A DNA stretch of 24,819 nucleotides from a virus. Lineage: Duplodnaviria; Caudoviricetes. Each line of letters starts with the position of its first letter. Position 1 is the stretch's first letter. The notes beneath the pieces were generated by a model. The model searched no databases, was not told where the DNA came from, and saw only the letters and a list, made by a program, of their open reading frames with translations. The position numbers and the translations under genes were made by a program. Below, piece after piece: positions 1 through 9,120 of the stretch. Location of the stretch: positions 1 to 24,819 of IMG/VR virus record IMGVR_UViG_3300049725_000010; one strand, 5' to 3'.

Positions 1-261
1 AGGTGCTGACAGTGAGGAGTTACATGTGATGAAGATGAAAGGTAGATCAGCGGCATCAACTAACCCCGGGGGTTGAGACGGCGCCGATGTGGGGGGTACT
101 GGCTGCAGCGACCGGGTAAATGTTCCCGCCGGTGCATCGGCGAAGTAATACAACGCCCTAGACAGAAACCCTGATACAGCATCGCCGACGGCTGGCCACG
201 GCCCCAAGGCGGCCACGTTCGCCGCTATCAGGGAGCCGATTTCAGCGCCGTTCGTCGACAT
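1..261 (-). CDS. Partial ORF downstream of the tail fibre gene, running off the left edge; hypothetical protein, possibly tail-associated
   Basis: Manually translated from ATG at 261: MSTNGAEIGSLIAANVAALGPWPAVGDAVSGFLSRALYYF...; 87 open codons to position 1; starts 7 nt after the tail fibre stop. Confidence 0.6.
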   Translation of the reverse strand, partial: MSTNGAEIGSLIAANVAALGPWPAVGDAVSGFLSRALYYFADAPAGTFTRSLQPVPPTSAPSQPPGLVDAADLPFIFITCNSSLSAP

Positions 262-268
262 CTCGGAA

Positions 269-988
269 TCATCCAGGCGTTCCGATTCCAACCACGAAGG
301 CTGTATACGTACCCGGGGCATTCTGCAGTAGATATGGTCTGATGCTAAAGTTGTGCGTTGGGTTTGACGACATCGGAAGAGTGTACGTGCACGGCGCCGG
401 GGAAATTCCTGTTGCGATAGCGCCGTAGAACGCCGTAAACGGCGCGGACCATGCCATGCCATCCTGTTGCGCTGGGAACCCGCTCCCATCTGGGGTAAAC
501 GTTACCTGACGCCAGCAGATTTGAAATCCGAAGAACTTCACGCTGCCGCTCCCGGCGTTCCCGCTCCCGCCAACTCCGAACTGCGTAGACATGGCGCTCA
601 CAATTTGCGACGGCAACAGGCTGGCCATGTCGGACAAGATCGCGTTTGCCAGCCAACCAACGCCGAACGTCTTCCAGTAGCTGGCATTTGAGAGAGCTAC
701 GCTTCCCGCGCATGCCTGGATACATTGGTATACGATGCCGGTGGAGCCATCCTGCGTGACGTCGGATATGCTGTAGGTATCGTTGGTGTCATGGTCAGGC
801 ACACCCCGAGCCATTGCATATCGGCCCATCTGACTACAAATGTTGAAGAGCCAGTTGATCCACTGGTACGGAGGAGCGGCACTTGAGCTAATCCACCCCG
901 ATCCCTCTAGCCCAGTCGGCTCAGCAATGTCACCCCCTGCGGCTGCGTTTGCCCAAACTGGCTTGACTGTCGGCTTTGCTATTGACAT
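269..988 (-). CDS. Tail fibre protein (short, 239 aa)
   Basis: N-terminus PVWANAA...GW...PPYQWINWLFN...RGVPD resembles baseplate-attachment domains of myovirus fibres; C-terminal GFQICW...F...AIAT domain resembles a gp53-like fibre tip; follows the wedge genes. Confidence 0.75.
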   Translation of the reverse strand: MSIAKPTVKPVWANAAAGGDIAEPTGLEGSGWISSSAAPPYQWINWLFNICSQMGRYAMARGVPDHDTNDTYSISDVTQDGSTGIVYQCIQACAGSVALSNASYWKTFGVGWLANAILSDMASLLPSQIVSAMSTQFGVGGSGNAGSGSVKFFGFQICWRQVTFTPDGSGFPAQQDGMAWSAPFTAFYGAIATGISPAPCTYTLPMSSNPTHNFSIRPYLLQNAPGTYTAFVVGIGTPG

Positions 989-997
989 GTATTTCCT

Positions 998-1780
998 CTA
1001 CCAAAAGGCCTGCGCCCATGTTCCGTTCGTTCCCCCGGTAGTAACGTTGAATCCCACACCGTTCGGGGTGAGAGGCGTTCCGGGATTGTGGAAAGCGTCG
1101 CTGAAACTGAAGACTCCAGTATTAGGTTGCCAAGAAAACGTCAGGGCAACTCCGCATGGACGTGCGATGAGCCCATAGGGTAGATTGCTCCTCCCTGCCG
1201 GTATGCGTAGCTCCGAGAGCTGCACCGCCGAGGGCTGCACATAGCCAGTGGTGCCTGGATAGATGAGCGTCGCCCAAATTCCCATGCTGCCCACGTCGTT
1301 GGTGATCATGTTGATAGGAGAAGCACTCGCTCCCCCAGCCAGCAGGGCGTTGAAGTTCGTTGGGTCGAAGATCCCCCACAGGGTCATGCGCAGCCCGTAG
1401 CTATTGGCCACGGCGCTGTTGCGAAAAATCTTCAGCTTGACCAGTTGCAAAAGCTGGGCGTCCGTTAGAGTCGTCCCATCGGGCAAGTACTTCGTCACAC
1501 CAACGAACTGCGCAATGATTCTCAACTGATCATTGCTCGCCCCGTTGGTATTCACGGGGTATGTTGTCCCCCCGTCTGGTGTGTAGTAGATGTTGTCCGT
1601 CAAGCTGAGCAAACGCCCAACGCGCTGGCATAGGTTGTCCAAGTCTTGCCCCAGGGAATAGATGCCAGTCAGCAGTGCCACCAGCTTAGGGCTACGCACG
1701 TATTGGCTAATGAGACGCCCCAGACCTTGCGTAGAGGTGTCCCCCAGAGTTCCTATGAGGTTTAGCGCTGGGCTGCTCAT
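998..1780 (-). CDS. Baseplate wedge protein (DUF2612-like)
   Basis: RLISQYVRSPKL, QLRIIAQFVGV, LTDAQLLQLVKLKIFRN and RPCGV motifs; located between baseplate J and fibre; ATGA overlap with upstream gene. Confidence 0.8.
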   Translation of the reverse strand: MSSPALNLIGTLGDTSTQGLGRLISQYVRSPKLVALLTGIYSLGQDLDNLCQRVGRLLSLTDNIYYTPDGGTTYPVNTNGASNDQLRIIAQFVGVTKYLPDGTTLTDAQLLQLVKLKIFRNSAVANSYGLRMTLWGIFDPTNFNALLAGGASASPINMITNDVGSMGIWATLIYPGTTGYVQPSAVQLSELRIPAGRSNLPYGLIARPCGVALTFSWQPNTGVFSFSDAFHNPGTPLTPNGVGFNVTTGGTNGTWAQAFW

Positions 1781-3072
1781 GCACTCACCTGGTAGACGAA
1801 AACGTCAGAAGCGGCGATGGTCGCGTATTGGACGAACGATAGCGACAGGTTCACCATGGGATCCAGCCACACGAACCCGGGACCAGAGTGAGCGCAAATC
1901 TGCATCCCTGGCCTACCTTGCATGTCGAGTGAGAAGTCCCAGCCCGGGACCGTCCCGACAAACGATCCAAGGATTGCGGTGCACGACAACTGCCCTTGGC
2001 TATCACCGCCAAGAGTGGTGTTCATGGGATTGAGTGCCCACGCAGCGATTGCGGCTGCGATCTGCGCGGCTCCATCGGTAGGCCAACCGGAACGTGGCAC
2101 CAAGTAGATGCGCACTCCAACTCGTACAGCGGAAGCCGCGTCAAAATTGATGAGGTGCTGGTTCGACTGTTCATCAACGGTGTAACCGGAAGTATTACCC
2201 TGCGTCGAGCACCCCGGCGCCTTGAGGTTGTAGATCTTCTGCGTAACCAGATTCGGGTTCGCGCCGGGAGCTAGTACCACAACGGGCCTGATTGAGTACG
2301 GGTTCAGCGTCCCCCCTCCGGGGAAGTTTTGCACAACCCCCGTGTTGTTTTCCCACACCGCCGCCTGGCTGCAGACCAGGTTTCCGCCGTCTCGCATGTT
2401 GCTGAGCGCAGCCTGTAAGCCGTCCGCCATGCCCTGCGACGCCAAACTGAACGAACTCTGGCGCCGCAGTCGCAAGTTCGGATCTCCTTCGCTCACATAC
2501 CCAAGCGTTGCATCGCTGGTAACCGAAACGCCGGTAACCCCGGCCAGTACCGTCATGAGCTTGATCGAGCTTCCCGCGGGACACCTGACGGCACCCAGGA
2601 TGGTGCAGATCGCCCATGAGTTCGAACTGCCAACGACAGTCCCCGGGACCGGAACTCCATTTGTGAGTGTGTAGATATTTGACCATGACGCTACCGTTCC
2701 ATCTGCTTGCGTGCTCTGCAAAACGGTGCCCGTCGGGATGTTCGTTCCGTTGGTCCCCGTAAACATGACCGGCACGTAGCTATAGGCTCCGGCGTTCCTG
2801 GAGACGCCATTCACGCCGGCGATGTTGGTCAAGAATTGCCCCGTGGCGCCATTCGGGTTGGCGACTCCGTTGTACAGGTCGGCTACCCCACCTTCCAGGT
2901 CGGAGAACATCTCCGAAAGGCCTCCGATGATCTGCCCATCTGCGGAGCGCGGATCTAGGTCAGCGTCTGAGCCGAAGGCAACCGCCCACAGGGCATTCAG
3001 CTCCGCTGTGATGCTAGTCATCGGCACGCGGACATAGCCAGTCGTCGTGATGGCGCTTTGGAAAAGGCTCAT
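1777..3072 (-). CDS. Baseplate J/gp47-like wedge protein
   Basis: DLDPRSADGQIIG, NPNGATGQFLTNIAGVNGVSR, G...EGDPNLRLRR, VWENNTG and IYNLKAPG motifs; 431 aa. Confidence 0.9.
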   Translation of the reverse strand: MSLFQSAITTTGYVRVPMTSITAELNALWAVAFGSDADLDPRSADGQIIGGLSEMFSDLEGGVADLYNGVANPNGATGQFLTNIAGVNGVSRNAGAYSYVPVMFTGTNGTNIPTGTVLQSTQADGTVASWSNIYTLTNGVPVPGTVVGSSNSWAICTILGAVRCPAGSSIKLMTVLAGVTGVSVTSDATLGYVSEGDPNLRLRRQSSFSLASQGMADGLQAALSNMRDGGNLVCSQAAVWENNTGVVQNFPGGGTLNPYSIRPVVVLAPGANPNLVTQKIYNLKAPGCSTQGNTSGYTVDEQSNQHLINFDAASAVRVGVRIYLVPRSGWPTDGAAQIAAAIAAWALNPMNTTLGGDSQGQLSCTAILGSFVGTVPGWDFSLDMQGRPGMQICAHSGPGFVWLDPMVNLSLSFVQYATIAASDVFVYQVSA

Positions 3073-3476
3073 GGAAGTTGCCCCGCTACGGTGAACTCAC
3101 CGCCGTTTTCGGTAACGCCGCTAGCTGTGCATTGGGCCGCGCGCGTGTGGTGGTTGAAGGTTAGGGAGAACGACGTAATCGAAAGCACTCCGGGAACGCC
3201 CAGAATCGCCGTCTTGATGAACGCTTCGGCGTACCCAAGATCAGCCGGGAAGTGCCCGAGGATTGGGACAGCGTTGGGCGCGAACGGCTGCGGATACCAC
3301 GGTATCCCCTCAGAGATGTCCAGAAACCACTCTCCCAGGACAAACCGAAGCGCGCATCCAACTGTCTGCTCGATAGCCTCGTCGCCGGTGGCGAAGCTGC
3401 GCATCCCGTGGCCGCCCGTGATGTCTCGGTGCCCATCCCCGGGGTCTACCGTCAAGCGCCGCGTCGTGAGGCTCAT
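3069..3476 (-). CDS. Baseplate wedge / sheath initiator (gp25/gp46-like)
   Basis: EAIEQTVGCALRFVLGEWFLDISEGIPW and ILGVPGVLSITSF motifs; between spike and baseplate J; ATGA overlaps on both sides. Confidence 0.85.
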   Translation of the reverse strand: MSLTTRRLTVDPGDGHRDITGGHGMRSFATGDEAIEQTVGCALRFVLGEWFLDISEGIPWYPQPFAPNAVPILGHFPADLGYAEAFIKTAILGVPGVLSITSFSLTFNHHTRAAQCTASGVTENGGEFTVAGQLP

Positions 3477-4177
3477 GGTCCCGCCAGAACTGTGGTTGAA
3501 CCCACGTGGGGCGATCCAGTAAATGGGCAGATGTAGCTAGCCCGGACTACGCCGCTATCGAGCGGGGTAGCGCCCGGGGAGGCGTTCAGTAGCACCATGC
3601 TTCCAGAGACGTTGACATTGGAGCCCGACGCCAGGCTAACGTCCTTGCCGGGCTTGGACGTCACCGTGATGCTCCCGTCTTGCCCCAGGGACACCTTGCT
3701 AGAGCCGTCTACCGCGCGCAGCTCGACGGCCGACGCGCTCAGGCCTGCGGGTACGTGGGGCAAGCTGGAAACGCCTACAAACGCAAAGGCGTCGCTCAGG
3801 TCGTGCGTACGGTATTCGGCGGGGAGCTGAACGCCGCCATTTTGCCACCAGTAGTCAATGGCTCGCTCGCTGAAGATGAGTAGACATTCGTCCCCGACGG
3901 ACACCGGGAAGGACAGCACGAAGCCGCCTCCGCTTGGGAAGTGCACGGGGCAATCGACCAACTGCGGCAAGTCGATCGCTCCCTGCCCGCGGAAAATGCG
4001 CTGGATGCCGGGCTGGCAAACGGCGGTCTGCTTGGTCGCATCGTAGCTCACGACGTGCCCCGGAATCGACGTGTGCAGATCAAGAATCCGCGCCTCGATA
4101 CGGGCGTTCTCGGCCGCTTCTGCGTCGTCCGCGAGCGACTCTTCGTTCTGGAGCTGTTCGAGAAGGGTCGGGTCCAT
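3473..4177 (-). CDS. Baseplate central spike (gp138/gpV-like)
   Basis: LHTSIPGHVVSYD, PQLVDCPVHFP, PVSVGDECLLIFSERAIDYWW and RTHDLSDAFAFVG (OB-fold N-terminus) followed by short beta-strand repeats. Confidence 0.9.
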   Translation of the reverse strand: MDPTLLEQLQNEESLADDAEAAENARIEARILDLHTSIPGHVVSYDATKQTAVCQPGIQRIFRGQGAIDLPQLVDCPVHFPSGGGFVLSFPVSVGDECLLIFSERAIDYWWQNGGVQLPAEYRTHDLSDAFAFVGVSSLPHVPAGLSASAVELRAVDGSSKVSLGQDGSITVTSKPGKDVSLASGSNVNVSGSMVLLNASPGATPLDSGVVRASYICPFTGSPHVGSTTVLAGP

Positions 4178-4185
4178 GGGACGAT

Positions 4186-4584
4186 CTATCGTTGTCTCGC
4201 TTCCAAGCGCGCGGCGTGTGCTTCGTAGCTTCTGGCGTCTTCGCGATGAGCCGCAGCCATGGCCCCCTGCCCGTGCTGTTCTATGAGATCAGCATGTGCG
4301 TGCAAAACGGCAGCGGCTTGTCTCCACGCCTTGGGGTCATTCCCGTTCTTGCTGAGATGTTCCTGCGCTGTCTTGACGGCAGCGTGTGATGGCGCCAACG
4401 CTGCCTCTGACCGCGCTCTTTCCTCATGCCCGACGGGTGATCCACCTTTGCCGCTTCCGCCGCTTCCCCACTTGCCGTCCGCCTCTCGCGGCTGGTCTGG
4501 GTCGAAAGCATCGCAAACCCGCTGCGCGTTCTTGTTCCCCTGGCGGGCGAGTTGTCGGTAGTAGTTCAGTCGGTCGGTCTTCAT
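4186..4584 (-). CDS. Hypothetical His/Ala-rich protein, 132 aa; candidate head-packaged protein
   Basis: ATGA overlap with the HNH gene; fills the gap before the spike gene; N-terminal leader similar to that of the 16306..16617 protein. Confidence 0.75.
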   Translation of the reverse strand: MKTDRLNYYRQLARQGNKNAQRVCDAFDPDQPREADGKWGSGGSGKGGSPVGHEERARSEAALAPSHAAVKTAQEHLSKNGNDPKAWRQAAAVLHAHADLIEQHGQGAMAAAHREDARSYEAHAARLEARQR

Positions 4585-5099
4585 AGATGTCCATCTTTCG
4601 CGATTCGTCGGTTTGCTGTCTCGTAGGCGCGGGAAGCGCTGGCTACATCGTCATAAATGCCAAGCCAATACTCCTTTCTATTGAACAGAATCCGCGCGCG
4701 CCACTTGCGGCTGCGACTTTCCCAGCTCACGCCTGCGGCCCCGCTGGTGTTACAGCGCTTGCGCCCCCTATTGTGGTTCTGCTGGATGTAGGTGGCCCAA
4801 CGGCAGTTGCCGGGCTCGTAATTCCCGTCGTTGTTGATACGGTCAAGGGTCCTGCCATGCGGGCGCCTCCCCATATCAGCCAAAAAATTCTCGAACTTCA
4901 GCCAACGGTCGCAAACACGAATGCCACGAGACGTGTAGTCCCGCACACTTTTCGCATCGTGACCGTTGGCCCTCCCTCGCATGTTCTGCCAGGCGGTATA
5001 CTCAGGACTTATCCTCCCGTGGATGGAGTTCCCGTGCCTGACCCCACCAATCCCCCAGCGGGCCTCACGAGCGCGTCGACATGCTTCAGCTTTAGTCAT
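4581..5099 (-). CDS. Free-standing HNH endonuclease with C-terminal AP2 DNA-binding domain (homing endonuclease-like)
   Basis: EYTAWQNMRGR, Y..RGIRVCDRW..FENFLADMG.RP, TLDRINNDGNYEPGNCRWAT...QNHNR (HNH-like) then NTSGAAGVSW...KWRARI....KEYWLGIY (AP2). Confidence 0.9.
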   Translation of the reverse strand: MTKAEACRRAREARWGIGGVRHGNSIHGRISPEYTAWQNMRGRANGHDAKSVRDYTSRGIRVCDRWLKFENFLADMGRRPHGRTLDRINNDGNYEPGNCRWATYIQQNHNRGRKRCNTSGAAGVSWESRSRKWRARILFNRKEYWLGIYDDVASASRAYETANRRIAKDGHL

Positions 5100-5101
5100 G
5101 G

Positions 5102-6151
5102 TCAGAGTATATCCGAATCTGGCGTACTAGAGGTAGGCATTCCTTTCCTACTTGGTATCGGTTGGCTGAGCCCCACGCAACGGCACTCCGAATACCAGTC
5201 ATTCCCGCGCGTGTCGCCCACGTGGCGCACGGCAAACACCTTGTAAACTCCGTCGGGGTCTGGGCGTACCGGTACCCTGGGTCCCTTCAGCTTGCGCTGT
5301 TGTCCCGTGAGCGCGCTGGCCAGGTGCTTCTGCTTGATCTCGTTGTTCTTCAGCCAGAGCTTGCCCCCGGGTACGATCCGCGTGTCCATCATGACTTTGA
5401 TGGTGATGCCCTTGTCGTTTACCTCAGGCGCGCCAAGTAGCCCCGTCTCGCTCGATACCTCGATAGCCTGGTCGGGCAGCACCGAATCCACAGGTACCAA
5501 AATGAGCTTCCCGTCCTGGATGGACCAGTGACCGTCATTTTCTTTGGCGATGCGGTCGAAATGGTCGCGCACATTGCCCGAGTAGGTGCGCCCGCGGATG
5601 CGCGCGCGCTTGAGGTTTTTGCCGTGGACGTGACCAAGCGTGGTAGCGCTCATCTCCTTGAGCAGTTCCCGGATGGTATCCTCGTCGTCGTGCCCTGCCG
5701 CAAAGGTAAAATTAACCAGGGCATTGCGGAAGTCTTTGTCACCATCTCCCGCATTGATCTCCGCAATGTGGTCGTTATCCTCTCGATAGAAGTGGGTAAA
5801 GCGAATGTTCCCGCGAAACATCAACCGCACGTTCCCCTGATACCCGGCGTTCACGATGATGTCGTTGTACTCCTGGTCAATCGCCTTTTCATGCTCGGGC
5901 GTGAGACTGTAGATCTTGATCAGGGCCTGGTTCGGGGTGCGGTAGATCGTTTTTTGAATGTCGAACGACATACGTAGCCCGGGAGACCCGTCGGCCTGAA
6001 TGTTCGAGATCAGCCGTCCGTAGGCTGGGCTCACGTCTCCATTGCCGTTCTTGCCCACCAAGATCTGACAGATACGACCGAACTTGGGCGCCTGGTTCTG
6101 GGTCCTGTTGGCCCCTAGCGCGGCTAGGGTGGTCGAGGTAGCGCCGATCAT
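5102..6151 (-). CDS. Baseplate hub protein
   Basis: LRMSFDIQKT...PNQALIKIYSL, VNAGYQG, AGDGD, WSIQDG, ETGLLGAPE and GVYKV....H.GDTRGNDWYS motifs; 349 aa. Confidence 0.85.
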   Translation of the reverse strand: MIGATSTTLAALGANRTQNQAPKFGRICQILVGKNGNGDVSPAYGRLISNIQADGSPGLRMSFDIQKTIYRTPNQALIKIYSLTPEHEKAIDQEYNDIIVNAGYQGNVRLMFRGNIRFTHFYREDNDHIAEINAGDGDKDFRNALVNFTFAAGHDDEDTIRELLKEMSATTLGHVHGKNLKRARIRGRTYSGNVRDHFDRIAKENDGHWSIQDGKLILVPVDSVLPDQAIEVSSETGLLGAPEVNDKGITIKVMMDTRIVPGGKLWLKNNEIKQKHLASALTGQQRKLKGPRVPVRPDPDGVYKVFAVRHVGDTRGNDWYSECRCVGLSQPIPSRKGMPTSSTPDSDIL

Positions 6152-6570
6152 GTCTGCACCCCAGCCGGCGCAACGTAGACCACGATAACCCGCGTCCCCA
6201 GGTCGTTGGCGAATGCTCCCACGGGGTCCGCGTCAACCGGCTGGTTCACGGGTCCCACGCTCGTTAGTGCAACCCCGGCAATCTGCGCCTGGGTCCACGT
6301 GAGGCCAATGGATGCAGCGGCAGGCGCCGCCGCCAAGTCCACGGCGAACATTGACCCGATGCCAAGGCCGTAGGGGGCCAGTAGGTCGCATCCTATCAGG
6401 ATGGGGACGCCCGAGATGATGGGCGCTCCCGTAGCATGGTCGGCCATGTCGAACGACCAGACCCCGTTGCGGTCGTTGTAGTTCGTCGAGAAGTCGTAGG
6501 CCACTCCGTTCAGCGCACAGTTGAAGGTGCGGAACTGGTCAGACGTGAAGGGAACGACGACGGCGCTCAT
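6148..6570 (-). CDS. Small baseplate protein (plug/hub-associated)
   Basis: F...LNG..Y......YNDRNGVWSFD.....G.PII.GVPIL.GCDLL..Y pattern; position just upstream of the hub gene. Confidence 0.75.
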   Translation of the reverse strand: MSAVVVPFTSDQFRTFNCALNGVAYDFSTNYNDRNGVWSFDMADHATGAPIISGVPILIGCDLLAPYGLGIGSMFAVDLAAAPAAASIGLTWTQAQIAGVALTSVGPVNQPVDADPVGAFANDLGTRVIVVYVAPAGVQT

Positions 6571-7274
6571 GGTATTGGCCTAAGATTTACAGGTGCCTCC
6601 AACATTTCTGGCGTCACTCCCAAGGCAGCCGCCCCGATAGAAATCGGTTTGGCCTGAGCCGATGTAGGCTCCTCTGCTGGTTTATTCCCGGCGTCATCCG
6701 GGGCCTTCGCCTTGCGTTTCGGTTTGTCGGGAGCTCGCGGGGGGTAGATGACCGTAGCCGTGCCCGCGAATGTCACCTGACGCAGGTTGATAGTGGCCCG
6801 CAGAATACCTGCGCTGTCCACCTTCTGCTCGGCCGACCCGCTTTCAAACATCATATTGGTGTAGGCCCGGAGCCCGGTCTGAACCGTGAACACCTGAAAC
6901 GACTTGGCCACCTGCAGTATTTTGTCCCAGGCCTTCACCGAACGGCGCACGTTTCCGGCGTAGAGGAGGCCTTGCGAGGATGCCAAGTCAATCACTCCAT
7001 GCGTTCCGGGTGGATCGCTGGCCGTCGGAACCAGTAGAGGTGTGTCGCTGACCACCACTTCCATCACGAGCGTGTCGGGTTTCGCGTAGGCGTGGTCCGC
7101 CATGCTGACACCGGTTTCCACCGGGTTGTCGGTGATTGCGATCGTGAAGGCGTGCTGCTCGCTGATAGTCGCATCGAAAATCATGACCATGTCTTCAACG
7201 TCGCCCGTCGTCACAGGTTGGCCAGGATCCTGCGAGAAGGTGATCTTGCGTTGGATGATGGCGGTTTGAGACAT
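6567..7274 (-). CDS. Tail tube initiator / Dit-like baseplate protein
   Basis: FDATISEQH....ITDNPVETGVSMADHAY..P and FTVQTGLRAYTNM motifs; directly after the tape measure gene (TGATG overlap). Confidence 0.85.
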   Translation of the reverse strand: MSQTAIIQRKITFSQDPGQPVTTGDVEDMVMIFDATISEQHAFTIAITDNPVETGVSMADHAYAKPDTLVMEVVVSDTPLLVPTASDPPGTHGVIDLASSQGLLYAGNVRRSVKAWDKILQVAKSFQVFTVQTGLRAYTNMMFESGSAEQKVDSAGILRATINLRQVTFAGTATVIYPPRAPDKPKRKAKAPDDAGNKPAEEPTSAQAKPISIGAAALGVTPEMLEAPVNLRPIP

Positions 7275-8875
7275 CAGAGCGCCGTTGCGGGTTGGCCGTT
7301 CATGGTCTTGGTTCGAGAGGTGTCTTTGCCCATCGCCGCGGACCGTCGGCTGATTTCCAGCATGACTGCGTCGGTGAGCTTTTTCGCGTCTTCGGGCCTT
7401 GGCGTACCACCAAAGGTCATATGAATCCCGCCGTTGACTGTAGTGCTCACTCGGTTATCGGCTCGCACCCCAGCCCCAGGCGGAAGCATGGCGGCGCGGC
7501 CCGCGTCGAGCACGCCGAGGCCAGCAGGACTACCCAGCATGTCGCGCGCGTTGAACTCCGCCATGCGGCGCTTGAAGTCTTCCTCGGTATACCCGGTACG
7601 TTCGGGCGAGTACGCCGGGCCTTTCTCCTTGCCATACCAAGCGTCCGTCTTGCCCGTCACCTTCGACACCAACCAGATTGCCGGCGTGATGATCTTGGTC
7701 AGCAGAATGATCCTGTCTTCTAGCTCGTCGAACGACTGTTTGAACCAATCGACCAGCGGCTGCCATGCGTCGCGAATCGACATCGCCGCGATCGCAATTC
7801 CGCCCAAAGCAAACGCAAACACGCCGACTGGTCCGCTCCCCGCTGATATCCCGATGAAAGCAGCACCCAGGAGATCAAGCGCGCCGAGCATCACCCCAAC
7901 TGCCTCTGGGAACTTCGTCAACATCCATCCGGTAACCGACGTGCCGCCGCGGTAGAACGTCCAAAGATCATCGGCGAGCAGCAGGAAGAGCCCAAGCAGA
8001 CCCCCCCGAAGTAGTTTGTCTATGCCTTGCATGGCCAGCTTGGTCCCGATGAGGGCAACCGTCACGAAGGTGAAATGCTTCGCCACCAGAGCGGCGATAT
8101 CGGCTAAGTGCTGAATGATCTGCTGCAGCTTCTTGATGTTCCCTTCGTTCTTCATCCATGCGCCCATGCCGTCCAGGACTTTCACCACCTGGGGCATGAG
8201 GCCTACGGCCAGCCGGTTCCTGAGCTGCTCGGCGTTCATCTGGGCTTTGGTGAAGGCCCGGCTGGCCAGCAACGCCGTCTCGTAGTCGCTACGCTTGAAC
8301 GGGTTCGCCTTCAGCGCGACATCGCGAAGCCTGTTGAATTCCTCGCGCCCCTTACTGAGCAGTTTGACCGTGGCGGCATCGAACCCTAGGCGTGAGCCGA
8401 GAGCAAGCTTTTGCCCAAGACTGGGAAGCCTTGCCATCTTGTCGGCCACGTCTCCAAGAAGCTCTTCGGTAGGCTTGACGTTCCCGTGCGAATCCTTCAC
8501 AGCCAACCCAAAGCGCTTGAAGATCATGGCCCCGCGCCCAATCCCCTGGGCGGCCTGGCCGGCCATGACGGTCATGTGCCGAAGGCCTTCTTGCATGCCC
8601 TCCATAGATCCGCCGTTCTCGCGCGCCACCTTGCCGAGGGCGGCAACGCTGAGAACATTCAGTCCCATTTGTTCGGCGAATTCCTGGATGCCCCCAAGGT
8701 TCTCGGCCGTGCCCTTGAAGAACTCGCGCGCTCCGTACAGCGCGCCCACCGCAGCCGCGCCGAACGCCAGCATATGAGACCGGGCCTGCTCGACCTTGTT
8801 GTGGAATCCTTCAAGGCCCTTCGGGTCGACGCTAAAGCCCAAACGAACGAGCAAGGAATCTATAACGGTAGGCAT
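7274..8875 (-). CDS. Tail tape measure protein (533 aa)
   Basis: N-terminal VIDSLLVRLGFSVD; Ala/Gly/Leu-rich helical composition with hydrophobic segments in the C-terminal half; follows the chaperone genes. Confidence 0.9.
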   Translation of the reverse strand: MPTVIDSLLVRLGFSVDPKGLEGFHNKVEQARSHMLAFGAAAVGALYGAREFFKGTAENLGGIQEFAEQMGLNVLSVAALGKVARENGGSMEGMQEGLRHMTVMAGQAAQGIGRGAMIFKRFGLAVKDSHGNVKPTEELLGDVADKMARLPSLGQKLALGSRLGFDAATVKLLSKGREEFNRLRDVALKANPFKRSDYETALLASRAFTKAQMNAEQLRNRLAVGLMPQVVKVLDGMGAWMKNEGNIKKLQQIIQHLADIAALVAKHFTFVTVALIGTKLAMQGIDKLLRGGLLGLFLLLADDLWTFYRGGTSVTGWMLTKFPEAVGVMLGALDLLGAAFIGISAGSGPVGVFAFALGGIAIAAMSIRDAWQPLVDWFKQSFDELEDRIILLTKIITPAIWLVSKVTGKTDAWYGKEKGPAYSPERTGYTEEDFKRRMAEFNARDMLGSPAGLGVLDAGRAAMLPPGAGVRADNRVSTTVNGGIHMTFGGTPRPEDAKKLTDAVMLEISRRSAAMGKDTSRTKTMNGQPATAL

Positions 8876-9120
8876 TATTTCTCCGCTGCCTCGCGTGCGC
8901 GCCTAAGCATTTCCTCTTCCATGCCCATCGCCTCGTGCGCGTCCATCAGCCATTCGATCGAATACGTGCCAGGCCCCGTTTCGGCTAGCTGCCAGTATTC
9001 GCAGAGCGGCGGATTTCTCATGATGGGTCTCCAAATCCGCCAGTCGATGTTATCCGACTGTACGGGCTCTATGGTGTGAGAGGCTTTTGTGGACGTGAAC
9101 CTTTCAGGAGCCCTTCTCCT
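8875..9120 (-). CDS. C-terminal extension of the tail assembly chaperone, reached by -1 frameshift (lambda gpT-like; not in the ORF track)
   Basis: Open -1 frame from the slippery site: RRRAPERFTSTKASHTIEPVQSDNIDWRIWRPIMRNPPLCEYWQLAETGPGTYSIEWLMDAHEAMGMEEEMLRRAREAAEK*; its TAA overlaps the tape measure ATG (TAATG). Confidence 0.8.
   Translation of the reverse strand, partial: RRRAPERFTSTKASHTIEPVQSDNIDWRIWRPIMRNPPLCEYWQLAETGPGTYSIEWLMDAHEAMGMEEEMLRRAREAAEK

Noticed and set aside
269-988. Diversity-generating retroelement target in the tail fibre
   Set aside because: No reverse transcriptase and no second near-copy of the fibre 3' end seen in this window; sequence beyond the left edge cannot be assessed.
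4501-4560. Sel1-like repeat reading of the shared leader (Y..LA.QGN..AQ)
   Set aside because: Only a single partial unit per protein, lacking the following LG..Y..G; the resemblance may reflect a similar helical hairpin and does not justify a Sel1 call.
4581-5099. HNH gene as part of a group I intron or intein
   Set aside because: The flanking hub and spike genes appear complete, and there is no non-coding space for intron structure.
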